Assembly (NCBI GenBank): GCA_048772705.1
Contig: JBLWGC010000201.1
Coordinates: forward strand, 39,025-103,024
Length of the DNA: 64,000 nucleotides
Reading direction: 5' to 3'
From: Leidyana gryllorum EB-2025a
Taxonomy: Eukaryota; Protista; Apicomplexa
Shown here: in pieces, positions 45,516 through 56,169 of the stretch
How positions within the stretch are numbered: the stretch's first letter is position 1
Layout of the letters: the number at the start of each line of letters is the position of its first letter
Position numbers and translations under genes: made by a program
Notes under the pieces: generated by a model
What the model was told of the DNA's origin: nothing
Databases searched by the model: none
The model's input: the letters and a program-made list of their open reading frames with translations, nothing else

Positions 45516-45908
45516 AAAGGGGTATTGAAGGTGCTACAAAGAGATGTGTAACACAAGTATCATCTGGTACAAGTTGCACACTGGTGACGAACTCTGCTTT
45601 TTTGAAAAATTTGGTAAGGGGTTAAGGATGACGACATGAAAAATTCCGATGAATTAGTAACGGGTTAAGGATGACGACATGAAAAATTCCGATGAATTTG
45701 TAACGAGATAAGGATGACGACATCAAAAAACACCGATAAACTTGTAACGAGATAAGGGTGACGACATCAAAAAATGTGATAAATTTCGCTTAGAGACACC
45801 CAATAACCTCAGTAGACGAGAAATGCGGTAGGGGAGACTGAGAATGACTCAATGAGATGTTAGCTGGGGCGTCACTGGATGCTGGTTGGGGCAGGTAGCG
45901 AATGGGGG

Positions 45909-48900
45909 TTGTGCAGGTCGGCGAAACCCGCAAGGGTGAGCCCGACCATTACCGTAGGTTTTTTGGGGGTTCTTAGGGGGTACCAGAAACGACTTTTAGT
46001 GAAATAGGAATTTGATTAGGAGCTCTAGACTAGCTCTCTCGCTTACCTTAGGAATAGTAGTGGCCTGATTAGTTAGCAGCCAGATTTTAGGCGAAATCTC
46101 ACCGCTAGAATAGGAGATAGGCGACTCTCTCGAGCTCTCTGAGACACGAGAAGGCCTGATTTTTGCAAAAATGAGACTTCCCAAACTTCAATTGGCTCGT
46201 TCGCTACAGCAAACTAGCCTCCCATCGAGATGTAAGGGTCGTCAGACTCCTTAATTTAGCTCTCGTGCGGCTCGCAAGCAACAGATAGCAGCCCAAACGA
46301 GCCACTTTTCCCAAGATTTGGTGTGCGAGACGTGGGACTTGGACTGTTATTTTTGTTCTCAGATCCAAAAAGCCCTCTTCTCGCTCGCGCTCGCTTTCTT
46401 CCCCCCCAGATGTTCCCAAGACGTGACCTCGTGCCACTCAGACTGGTCTGGCACGTTCCCACACCAAGTAAGTTCCCACACCTCATCCCCACACATCCCA
46501 GAACGCCCCCAAGGAGCTTCGCCACTTTGCGACCAGAGCCTCACCTCCCCATTGTGCAGTTTTTATCCCAGCCAACTGACCCCCATTCGCTACCTGCCCC
46601 AACCAGCATCCAGTGACGCCCCAGCTAACATCTCATTGAGTCATTCTCAGTCTCCCCTACCGCATTTCTCGTCTACTGAGGTTATTGGGTGTCTCTAAGC
46701 GAAATTTATCACATTTTTTGATGTCGTCACCCTTATCTCGTTACAAGTTTATCGGTGTTTTTTGATGTCGTCATCCTTATCTCGTTACAAATTCATCGGA
46801 ATTTTTCATGTCGTCATCCTTAACCCGTTACTAATTCATCGGAATTTTTCATGTCGTCATCCTTAACCCCTTACCAAATTTTTCAAAAAAGCAGAGTTCG
46901 TCACCAGTGTGCAACTTGTACCAGATGATACTTGTGTTACACATCTCTTTGTAGCACCTTCAATACCCCTTTGCAACATGTTCGAGACTTGTTTGCGACA
47001 TGTTTGACACTTGTTTGCTACCTGTTTCCTACTTGTTTGCTACTTGCTTGCTACTTGTTTGACACTCGTTTGACACTTGTTTGCTACATGCTTTACACTT
47101 GCTTGCCACTTCTTTGCCACATCTTTCATACTTCTTTGACACTCAGTTGAGACTTGTTCGCCACATGTTAAACACTTTTCTGCCACATATTTCACACTTG
47201 TTTGACTCTCGTTTGACACGTGTTTGCCACTTCTTTGCCACATGTTTAACACTTGTTTGAAACTCCGTTGAGACTTGTTCACCACATGTTTAACACTTTT
47301 TTCCCACATGTTCCACACTTGTTTGACACTCGTTTGAAACTTGTTTGCCACATGCTTTACACTTGCTTGCCAGTTCTTTGCCACATGTTTAACACTTGTT
47401 TGAAACTCCGTTGAGACTTGTTCGCCACATGTTTAACACTTTTTTGCCACATGTTCCACACTTGTTCGACACTCGTTTGACACTTGTTTGCTACTTGTTT
47501 GATACTTCTTTGAAACTTGTTTGCCACATGCTTTACACTTGCTTGCCAGTTCTTTGCCACATGCTTTACACTTGTTTGAAACTCCGTTGAGACTTGTTCG
47601 CCACATGTTTAACACTTTTTTGCCACATGTTCCACACTGGTTTGACACTCGTTTGACACTCGTTTGACACTTGTTTGCGACATCTTTGGCACTTGTTTTG
47701 CTACTTGTTTGCCACGTGTTACACACATGCTTCTCACTTGTTTGACACATGTTTGCCACATGCTTGACACTTGCTTGATACATGTTTGACACTTGTTTGC
47801 GAGTTGTTTGACACTTGTTTGCCACATGTTTGCTACTCTTTTGACACTTGTTTGCGAGTTGTTTGCAACATGTTTGAGACTTGTTGCGAACTTGTTTGAC
47901 CCTTGCTTCGCGACATGTTTGACACTTGTTTGCAACATGTTCGAGCCTTGTTTGACACTGGTTTCCGAGTTGTTTGACACTTGTTTCACACTGCTACTTG
48001 ATAGGTACTTAAATGACACTTCTTACAAGTCATTTGAACTCATACATATCGTTCCGGAGCAATTGCACGCAAGATTGATGCCATTGGTTCGTTCTGCTTA
48101 TCACATTCACGATACGTTGCTAACTATTCCATCAATAAATAAATCTCACAGAAACAATGGGTACGGGGAAGCGCCCGAGCGAAGCGACAAGGGCGCTCCC
48201 CACACCCCATCAATACTTCTTCACGCACACTATTACTCAACGTACATATCAGCCTTAACATCCCGCTCGTACACTAACAATTCGAATACTCATAACTCTT
48301 AGCATATATACACTCTCTCAATGTTTTATAGCAAACAACTGACCACCACCCTCTTACCACACCTCGAACTACATCACAATTGTCAATAGATTTCCATTAA
48401 CCTACCTATCATTAGCCAAATTCATGTCGTCCGAATCAACACCCAAATATCATGCATAACTTGACCCCATACACATATTCTTACAGATACCCATTCACTC
48501 CAATACATAACGTCCACGATACGCATTGGACTCACGACATTCTTCTCAACACTCTCAATTCAACTCCGATGTATTTGATTCCCCTATATCTAGCATTACA
48601 AGCTTTCATACCTCTCCAAATACTCCCTCACTTAACGAGCGAATCGCTCACTCACTCTAGACCCTTCACACCTAACAGACAAACCATCTAAACCAATATC
48701 ACTCACACATAACCTTCCAAGTTGCTCCATATTCACTTTAGCAAACTGAGCATACTACACATCACAGCACAGTTACCAAAATACACGCCATACACTCATA
48801 CAATCATGCATCTCCAGCTCATATAGTCTCACCAATCAATACATAACAAGCACGATACCTGTCAACATACTAAGCAACACAGCTATATCGTCACAGTCTT

Positions 48901-49116
48901 TTATTAGCACAATACACACCACATCAGACCTTACTTGCGCACGCTACAGCAACCGGAACGTGTAGAGAATTGAAAGCTAAACAGTCGCAAACACGCAAAC
49001 ACAGTACAATGCAGCGATAAACAACCACATAAACCACATAATCCAAAAGCAAACAGCAGTCACAACAGCCATCGAAGCCGACCGAAACGCCGAACCAAAG
49101 GTTACAGGCAAACTAG
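45909..49116 (+). mobile_element. H4: complete, uninterrupted non-autonomous Helitron-like copy (3208 bp)
   Basis: TTGTGCAGG...GGCAAACTAG; empty site aatggggg|tcagtt matches 36723-36736, no TSD. Confidence 0.9.
46970..47995. repeat. 11-bp satellite of H4 (reverse orientation)
   Basis: ACACTTGTTTG units. Confidence 0.95.
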
Positions 49117-51146
49117 TCAGTTGGCTGGGATAAAAACTGCACAATGGGGAGGTGAGGCTCTGGTCGCAAAGTGGCGAAGCTCCTTGGGGGCGTTCTGGGA
49201 TGTGTGGGGATGAGGTGTGGGAACTTACTTGGTGTGGGAACGTGCCAGACCAGTCTGAGTGGCACGAGGTCACGTCTTGGGAACATCTGGGGGGGAAGAA
49301 AGCGAGCGTGAGCGAGAAGAGGGCTTTTTGGATCTGAGAACAAAAATAACAGTCCAAGTCCCACGTCTCGCACACCAAATCTTGGGAAAAGTGGCTCGTT
49401 TGGGCTGCTATCTGTTGCTTGCGAGCCGCACGAGAGCTAAATTAAGGAGTCTGACGACCCTTACATCTCGATGGGAGGCTAGTTTGCTGTAGCGAACGAG
49501 CCAATTGAAGTTTGGGAAGTCTCATTTTTGCAAAAATCAGGCCTTCTCGTGTCTCAGAGAGCTCGAGAGAGTCGCCTATCTCCTATTCTAGCGGCGAGAT
49601 TGCGCCTAAAATCTGGCTGCCAACTAATCAGGCCACTACTATTCCTAAGGTAAGCGAGAGAGCTAGTCTAGAGCTTCTAATCAAATTCCTATTTCACTAA
49701 AAGTCGTTTCTGGTACCCCCTAAGAACCCCCAAAAAACCTACGGTAATGGTCGGGCACACCCTTGCGGGTTTCGCCGACCTGCACAATTGGTGAGACTAT
49801 ATGAGCTGGAGATGCATGATTGTATGAGTGTATGGCGTGTATTTTGGTAACTGTGCTGTGATGTGTAGTATGCTCAGTTTGCTAAAGTGAATATGGAGCA
49901 ACTTGGAAGGTTATGTGTGAGTGATATTGGTTTAGATGGTTTGTCTGTTAGGTGTGAAGGGTCTAGAGTGAGTCAGCGATTCGCTCGTTAAGTGAGGGAG
50001 TATTTGGAGAGGTATGAAAGCTTGTAATGCTAGATATAGGGGAATCAAATACATCGGAGTTGAATTGAGAGTGTTGAGAAGAATGTCGTGAGTCCAATGC
50101 GTATCGTGGACGTTATGTATTGGAGTGAATGGGTATCTGTAAGAATATGTGTATGGGGTCAAGTTATGCATGATATTTGGGTGTTGATTCGGACGACATG
50201 AATTTGGCTGATGATAGGTAGGTTAATAGGAGTATATTGACTAGTTTGCCTGTAACCTTTGGTTCGGCGTTTCGGTCGGCTTCGATGGCTGTTGTGACTG
50301 CTGTTTGCTTTTGGATTATGTGGTTTATGTGGTTGTTTATCGCTGCATTGTACTGTGTTTGCGTGTTTGCGACTGTTTAGCTTTCAATTCTCTACACGTT
50401 CCGGTTGCTGTAGCGTGCGCAAGTAAGGTCTGATGTGGTGTGTATTGTGCTAATAAAAGACTGTGACGATATAGCTGTGTTGCTTAGTATGTTGACAGGT
50501 ATCGTGCTTGTTATGTATTGATTGGTGAGACTATATGAGCTGGAGATGCATGATTGTATGAGTGTATGGCGTGTATTTTGGTAACTGTGCTGTGATGTGT
50601 AGTATGCTCAGTTTGCTAAAGTGAATATGGAGCAACTTGGAAGGTTATGTGTGAGTGATATTGGTTTAGATGGTTTGTCTGTTAGGTGTGAAGGGTCTAG
50701 AGTGAGTCAGCGATTCGCTCGTTAAGTGAGGGAGTATTTGGAGAGGTATGAAAGCTTGTAATGCTAGATATAGGGGAATCAAATACATCGGAGTTGAATT
50801 GAGAGTGTTGAGAAGAATGTCGTGAGTCCAATGCGTATCGTGGACGTTATGTATTGGAGTGAATGGGAATTTGTAAGAATATGCGGATGGAGTCAAGTTA
50901 TGCATAGGATTTGAGTGTTGATGCGGACGACATGAATTTGGCTAATGATAGGTAGGTTAATAGGAGTATATTGACAATTGTGATGTAGTTCGAGGTGTTG
51001 TAAGAGGGTGGTGGTCAGTTGTTTGCTATAAAACATTGAGAGAGTGTATATATGCTAAGAGTTATGAGTATTCGAATTGTTAGTGTACGAGCGGGATGTT
51101 AAGGCTGATATGTATGTTGAGTAATAGTGTGCGTGAAGAAGTATTG

Positions 51147-51200
51147 ATGGGGTGTGGGGAGCGCCCTTGTCGCTTCGCTCGGGCGCTTCCCCGTACCCAT
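51147..51200 (-). other. GC-rich stem-loop with a GCGAAGC core just downstream of the Rep/Hel stop; retained in the short copies
   Basis: GGGGAAGCGCCC...GGGCGCTCCCC, extended by ATGGG...CCCAT. Confidence 0.7.
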
Positions 51201-51236
51201 CTTTCTGCATTCAATGATTGAGCCACGGTGTAGTTG

Positions 51237-54200
51237 TCAACGCGTAATCATAGAAATGTAAAAGGGAGATGGTGGAATGTGGCTAAGGTGAATGAAGTTG
51301 TGTGATGCAACTATACGGAGTGTATTTGATCTTGGTGTAAGATGAAGGGCAACTTGCTCGATTGAATGGTTGTTTAACATGTTGTAACGACCCGATGCGT
51401 TGCGCTGATCGATGAGAATGAGAGTGGGTAGAGTTTGCGCATCGATGAACACTGTTCTCGTACAACCTCTGCCTTCGACGCGGAGCGAATGGTGGTTTGA
51501 GAGTATTGTGGAGCTGAAACGTTTGGCAGTGATGGAGTAATGATTAGCTGCAATTGAGGTGAGCATGTTGAGATTAGCATGTTGAGGGTGGATTATGGTG
51601 ATTATCGGGCAGGTGTTGAGAAAGAAGGGGGCAAAGGAGTTGTGCTTGATATCGTCGTAGTAGAAGACAACTTGGGGAAGGCGTTGTGGCCAATATGTGA
51701 ATGGCAGACGATCAGGAGTAAGCCAAGATTTAGCGAGGATGGTTTCGTTTGGTAATTTGCCGAAGAACTTGATGTGGTCGAGTTTGGTTGCTCGGCTGGC
51801 AGCGACGTAGAGGAAGCGATAATCTTGCTTGGACAGGTCAATCCCATAAGGATGATCGAATGTACGACCCTGCGCTTTGTGGACAGTTAGGCCCCATGCA
51901 AGATCGATAGGGTAGATTCGCTTATTCTTATGTAGCATCGGAGCAACTCGACATAGTTTGTTGCGATTGAGTTTGATCCACAAGTCGTGTTTGAGGGCTT
52001 TATGTAAATGGCCAATGCTTCCATTGGTGTAGCCTTTCTTGACGCTTATGTTGGTGGTTATCATGGTCTTGGCGTTGCGTTTGAGTATGAGTTGCGTCCA
52101 CTTGTGTATGGTTCGTTTCGAGTTGGTTCTAGTGGATATTGTCTTGATAGTATATGAGGTTGTTACTTGAATGGGTGTGCCAGGCATATGTTGTACTCTC
52201 ATCTTGTTATAGCGTGTCCTTTCTTCATTGTGACGGAATAGAACGAAAGGTAAGGTGTTGAGATCTTTATCAGTGCCTTTGTGAGCATCTACGAACTTGG
52301 TGATGGTGGATTTATCGCCGTGTTGAAGAGCTTCGAGGAAGTTGAGGAGATCTGGATCTCGTCCGTGTCGTACGTTATCGATGAGATCGAACCTTGTAAA
52401 GAGCTTTGTGAAGGATGGATCTTCATCAAGTGGAGTTGCTCTGACAGGTGGGAGCTGATCGAAGTCACCGAAGGCGATAATAGAGATTCCGCCATATGGT
52501 AGGCTCTTGCGAGAATCTGGTTTCGAGTTACCGAGGTTAGTTAACCCTAAGTTTAAGTCGCTTAGAAGCCGTGGCGCCACCATGGATATTTCATCGATAA
52601 GGATCAATTCGACGTGTGACGCGTTGTTATGGAGTGTATTCCACGAGCGTGATTGTGTAGTGAGTACGCTTCCATGGTTCAAGCCAGCAAAATGATGAAT
52701 GGTTTGGCCGTTGATTAAATAGGCAGCCGTTCCTGTTGGTGCGATGACTTGGCACATGGGCTTGTCGAGGGTTGTCTTGCCCTCATTGGTATCAATGACT
52801 TGGCAGATATGTCGTATCTTGTTGATGAGGAACGATTTTCCAGTGCCTCCTTTACCATGAATGAGCCATAACAGCTGTGAAGTCCTGCTTGTGTGGATCC
52901 ACTTGTAGAACTCTATGAGTACTCGAAACTGCGAGGTAGTAACGGTTGAGTTGGGGTCGAAGGAAAGGGTAGATTGAAGCTGATTTGTTGCGTCATGGTC
53001 ATCGTCGTCATCATTGTCAGAGTCGTCCGAAGTTGGAATGTCGAATCCAGGATTGTTGAAATCGTCGTTGACGTGTTCTGGTTGATCATCTTCGTCAGGG
53101 GCGTTATCATCGTCGGTATCGTAGCAAATGGAATTTGGTTGCCATCGTGGTTCGTATGGCCGTGATTGATGAGCACGTTCAAGGATCTCTTGCTGAGTTT
53201 CCGGTGTGTAATCGTTGAAGCACAAGAGTTGATGGACGTCTCTCCAAGGTAAGAAGTAATAGGCGAGTGATTTGTCGTCGTCAGCTGGGGGTAATGTGGG
53301 TGGGTATTGGCCTGCGACAACTACGGGAGCTTGGCGACGTGTGAGATAAAGTTTCTTAGCCGGTGGAACTGTCATGGGTATGGATCCTGGTTGCCTCTTC
53401 GAAACGACATAGTCTCGCGTGAATTCAAATATGGTTAGAGATTCGAGCATGGAAGGACGATTGGCGTAAATCGTTGGGTATGGTGTAGGTAGTCGAATCT
53501 TGGTTGCTTCATCAACAGATTGTGGGCGGTGTATAGCGACCATGAAGTTGAAAGGCTTGAGATATACTGTGTTCCATGTGGTCGTTACTGGAAAGCGGCC
53601 TTGGCAGGTGAGTGTTGCTTCTTGTAGACTCAGGCGACGTGATAGGTTTAGGTCTTGTGTTTTGAATAGCGCTTGAGTCATTGTGCGAGTGTTATCGAAC
53701 GCATCTTCTTTGAGCAATGTGGGTTCGGACTTAGAGACGTACTTGGTGATATATTGGATTGCTTGGGCGATAGTTGTTACCGGAGAGATGTCCATGTTAG
53801 AGTTGGTGTATGGGAAGATGATGGGGTTGAAGTCGTTGATGTTGGCGTCCATAACACGTCTTTCGGCAAGATAGATAGGGGACGGAAGTGATTGTGCTAT
53901 CAGGCGATAGTAGGTTTCATGATTTGATATTCCGATGAGGGCGAGCCATTGATCGAATGTAAGTTGATCGAATTCCATGTGGGTGAACTCCATTGTTTTG
54001 TATTGGAGTCTCTTTTGCCAACTGTATACGATTGCTCTCGCAGCTCTTCTATCTTTGCTTTCCGTATGTGTTGGCAGTAGGAGTTTGCCTATGGGTGTAG
54101 GGAGTCGTGGAAAGCGCCATTTGCATGTATTGAGGGGTTTGAGATTCTTCTGACAACGTTGATAATGTGTATGGGTTTGAACGCGGCGTATCTCTTCGTC

Positions 54201-56132
54201 ATCTGTCGATGCGAATATGATTTTGTTGAGGAACGTTTCCCATTCGAGAATTCTCCCCGCGCGTTCGCCCGGCGTGCACAACTCGAGTGGTTTAGGTGTA
54301 TTTTTACACCATAGAAGGCAATGGGCGTGAGGAGTACCGCGTACTTGATACTCAATCCTCTCGTAGTGATGGTAGAGGGGGTAGCCGAGCGTAGTGAGAT
54401 GACGATTAAACTCTTGGAGGAGTAGTGGGAAGAGCTGGCCAGCAAACTCAGCAGTCAGTCCATAATCCTTGACGGTTCCGAGAGGAAAATCTTGAAGGCT
54501 ATAGTAGTATTGAGTTTCTTGTAGGGTTGGATACTTGAAGAACAAATGGGGATCGGATAGTGAGATGGTAAGGAAGATTGACGGTACCCCAAATTGCGCA
54601 ATCATGTTCTGAAGTTGATATCTGGAATTGACGAAATAAGGTGGAAAGGGCGGGATAGTGGCAAGAACGGTGCGAATCATCCGATGGTGTGATACATTCT
54701 TATTATTGCGAACCATGTCAACGAGTTCTCGTACAATTTCTCGGTCGAGTATCTTGCGAGTGGCTGTTGTGGACTCTAAGTGAGGTTCTGGGTCTTCAGT
54801 GTCAGCTGGTGAAGTGGTTGAGATGTGGCGCTGATGCACTTCTTGATTGATCCAGAATTGCCCTTTCTTGGATACTGTTTCCTTGAGTTTAGCTGCCAAT
54901 AGAGTGAAGACGTATAGGTGGTCGCGAATATATTCTAGACGATAACTAGACAGGCGCTGCTTTATATATGTTGAGAGGTGAAGATTCTTGGGTATGTGGT
55001 GCATCGCGTTATTGGTATTGCGACGCGAAGCGGAAGTTGAGTGCTTGAGCAGTTGTTGATAACTCGTGTTCCCGTTACATGAGTAGAAGAAGTGTGGGAA
55101 GGAGTCGTATTCTATATCGTGAGACGGAGACTTGAAGTAGTATCGTGAAGAAGCGCCAATAGCATGATAGTAGATTTTGTCTTCGAACGGATTGGCCTGA
55201 TAGTTGACTTCCGTAGATCCCATGAGTATAGAGGGAGCTTCAGGCGGGGGTGTAGTCTCGAGTGTGGAGCGTTCGATCTGTCCTGTATGAGGAGACGTTT
55301 CAGTGAGCTCGAGCACTGGGAGGTTGTCGGGAAGATCCTGTTGTATGTGGGAGGTCCCGTAGCGGGAATCTCGGAGCGATAGTAGGTTGAACGCGTGAAT
55401 GATGTTTCTACTGTTGAGTTTTCCATAGAAGTGGGGGTGGAAACTGTGTGTGTTGAAGTAAAACTTCGCTGGTATGACTTGGGAGCGTTCAGCCAGTGGA
55501 ATGAGCTCGGAGAAGGCGTATAGATCAGTATACTTGTGGTATACGGCTATAGTTGAGTGAATCCCTGAGTAATGCTTCAGCCACACGCAAGGTTGTGCAA
55601 GGGCGATCGCTCGTTTCTCAATCATGGATAAATTGAGAAGGAAGAGGTTGGGTAGTGGATTGATTACGTTGCTTGCACACCGGATGATAGGTTGGGTATA
55701 GTCAGAGCACGTGCGACAGATGACGAGGAGCTGGGCAATCAATGGGAGTATTTGGTCGATTGACTCTGGTAGTTGATAGGGGAAATGCGGCCGAAGTCTA
55801 TGTAGTATCATGAACGTGGGTGTGGGATCGAGACGAATTCTGATAGAATCGGGCAGGTTGGTCCATTGAACGGGTGTCAAGTCGTCCATAGAACATCGTG
55901 AACCGCAATAACTACACGCGAACAACTTGAAAGAGCCGAAATGAAGTGGAGAATCGACTGATTCAAGGATGCCAGCAGTGACCCATGATTGAAGTAAGGT
56001 ATTTCTTGCTTGTCGGATTGTGCTCCACGCATGAGCTTGGTCTTGAAGTGTTGGTGGTTGGATGAGCAATGATTGAACTCTCCAAATGCGTTGTAACTCT
56101 TCGAAAGTTTCATCTTGGAGTAGCCGATTCAT
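51237..56132 (-). CDS. Rep/Helicase transposase (HUH-Y2 Rep plus PIF1-like SF1 helicase), Helentron/HLE2-type, 1631 aa
   Basis: PSIFLTIS; IEYQVRGTPHAHCLLW (HUH); QTHTH..RC.K...CKWRFP; YITKYVSKSE; GKGGTGKS; ILIDEISMV; FGDFDQLPPV; LAWGLTVHKAQG; YVAASRA. Confidence 0.95.
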   Translation of the reverse strand: MNRLLQDETFEELQRIWRVQSLLIQPPTLQDQAHAWSTIRQARNTLLQSWVTAGILESVDSPLHFGSFKLFACSYCGSRCSMDDLTPVQWTNLPDSIRIRLDPTPTFMILHRLRPHFPYQLPESIDQILPLIAQLLVICRTCSDYTQPIIRCASNVINPLPNLFLLNLSMIEKRAIALAQPCVWLKHYSGIHSTIAVYHKYTDLYAFSELIPLAERSQVIPAKFYFNTHSFHPHFYGKLNSRNIIHAFNLLSLRDSRYGTSHIQQDLPDNLPVLELTETSPHTGQIERSTLETTPPPEAPSILMGSTEVNYQANPFEDKIYYHAIGASSRYYFKSPSHDIEYDSFPHFFYSCNGNTSYQQLLKHSTSASRRNTNNAMHHIPKNLHLSTYIKQRLSSYRLEYIRDHLYVFTLLAAKLKETVSKKGQFWINQEVHQRHISTTSPADTEDPEPHLESTTATRKILDREIVRELVDMVRNNKNVSHHRMIRTVLATIPPFPPYFVNSRYQLQNMIAQFGVPSIFLTISLSDPHLFFKYPTLQETQYYYSLQDFPLGTVKDYGLTAEFAGQLFPLLLQEFNRHLTTLGYPLYHHYERIEYQVRGTPHAHCLLWCKNTPKPLELCTPGERAGRILEWETFLNKIIFASTDDEEIRRVQTHTHYQRCQKNLKPLNTCKWRFPRLPTPIGKLLLPTHTESKDRRAARAIVYSWQKRLQYKTMEFTHMEFDQLTFDQWLALIGISNHETYYRLIAQSLPSPIYLAERRVMDANINDFNPIIFPYTNSNMDISPVTTIAQAIQYITKYVSKSEPTLLKEDAFDNTRTMTQALFKTQDLNLSRRLSLQEATLTCQGRFPVTTTWNTVYLKPFNFMVAIHRPQSVDEATKIRLPTPYPTIYANRPSMLESLTIFEFTRDYVVSKRQPGSIPMTVPPAKKLYLTRRQAPVVVAGQYPPTLPPADDDKSLAYYFLPWRDVHQLLCFNDYTPETQQEILERAHQSRPYEPRWQPNSICYDTDDDNAPDEDDQPEHVNDDFNNPGFDIPTSDDSDNDDDDDHDATNQLQSTLSFDPNSTVTTSQFRVLIEFYKWIHTSRTSQLLWLIHGKGGTGKSFLINKIRHICQVIDTNEGKTTLDKPMCQVIAPTGTAAYLINGQTIHHFAGLNHGSVLTTQSRSWNTLHNNASHVELILIDEISMVAPRLLSDLNLGLTNLGNSKPDSRKSLPYGGISIIAFGDFDQLPPVRATPLDEDPSFTKLFTRFDLIDNVRHGRDPDLLNFLEALQHGDKSTITKFVDAHKGTDKDLNTLPFVLFRHNEERTRYNKMRVQHMPGTPIQVTTSYTIKTISTRTNSKRTIHKWTQLILKRNAKTMITTNISVKKGYTNGSIGHLHKALKHDLWIKLNRNKLCRVAPMLHKNKRIYPIDLAWGLTVHKAQGRTFDHPYGIDLSKQDYRFLYVAASRATKLDHIKFFGKLPNETILAKSWLTPDRLPFTYWPQRLPQVVFYYDDIKHNSFAPFFLNTCPIITIIHPQHANLNMLTSIAANHYSITAKRFSSTILSNHHSLRVEGRGCTRTVFIDAQTLPTLILIDQRNASGRYNMLNNHSIEQVALHLTPRSNTLRIVASHNFIHLSHIPPSPFYISMITR

Positions 56133-56169
56133 TTGAAGGAACAGTAGTCAAAATTGGGTAAAGAATAGG

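Larger units (their letters stand above)
43357..49787 (-). mobile_element. H3: complete non-autonomous Helitron-like copy (3223 bp excluding nested H4)
   Basis: Both termini present; empty site tattga|ttggtg, no TSD. Confidence 0.88.
43076..50240 (-). mobile_element. H2: Helitron-like copy, 3' part only (43076-43356 and 49788-50240), interrupted by H3 and H5
   Basis: CTAG terminus at 43076-43079; the flanks of H3 rejoin to the uninterrupted sequence seen at 34221. Confidence 0.82.

Noticed and set aside
43357-49116. Large palindrome as the TIRs of a foldback/Polinton-type element
   Set aside because: Explained by H4 inserted in opposite orientation inside H3; no TSD, and no integrase or polB.
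43076-50240. Inverted and direct duplications as microhomology rearrangements or misassembly
   Set aside because: All breakpoints fall on the same two termini and the empty sites restore exactly, so nested transposition explains them better.
51237-56132. Host PIF1 helicase or viral Rep
   Set aside because: HUH-Y2 Rep fused to PIF1 within defined mobile termini is the Helitron-like architecture; no capsid ORF was recognised.
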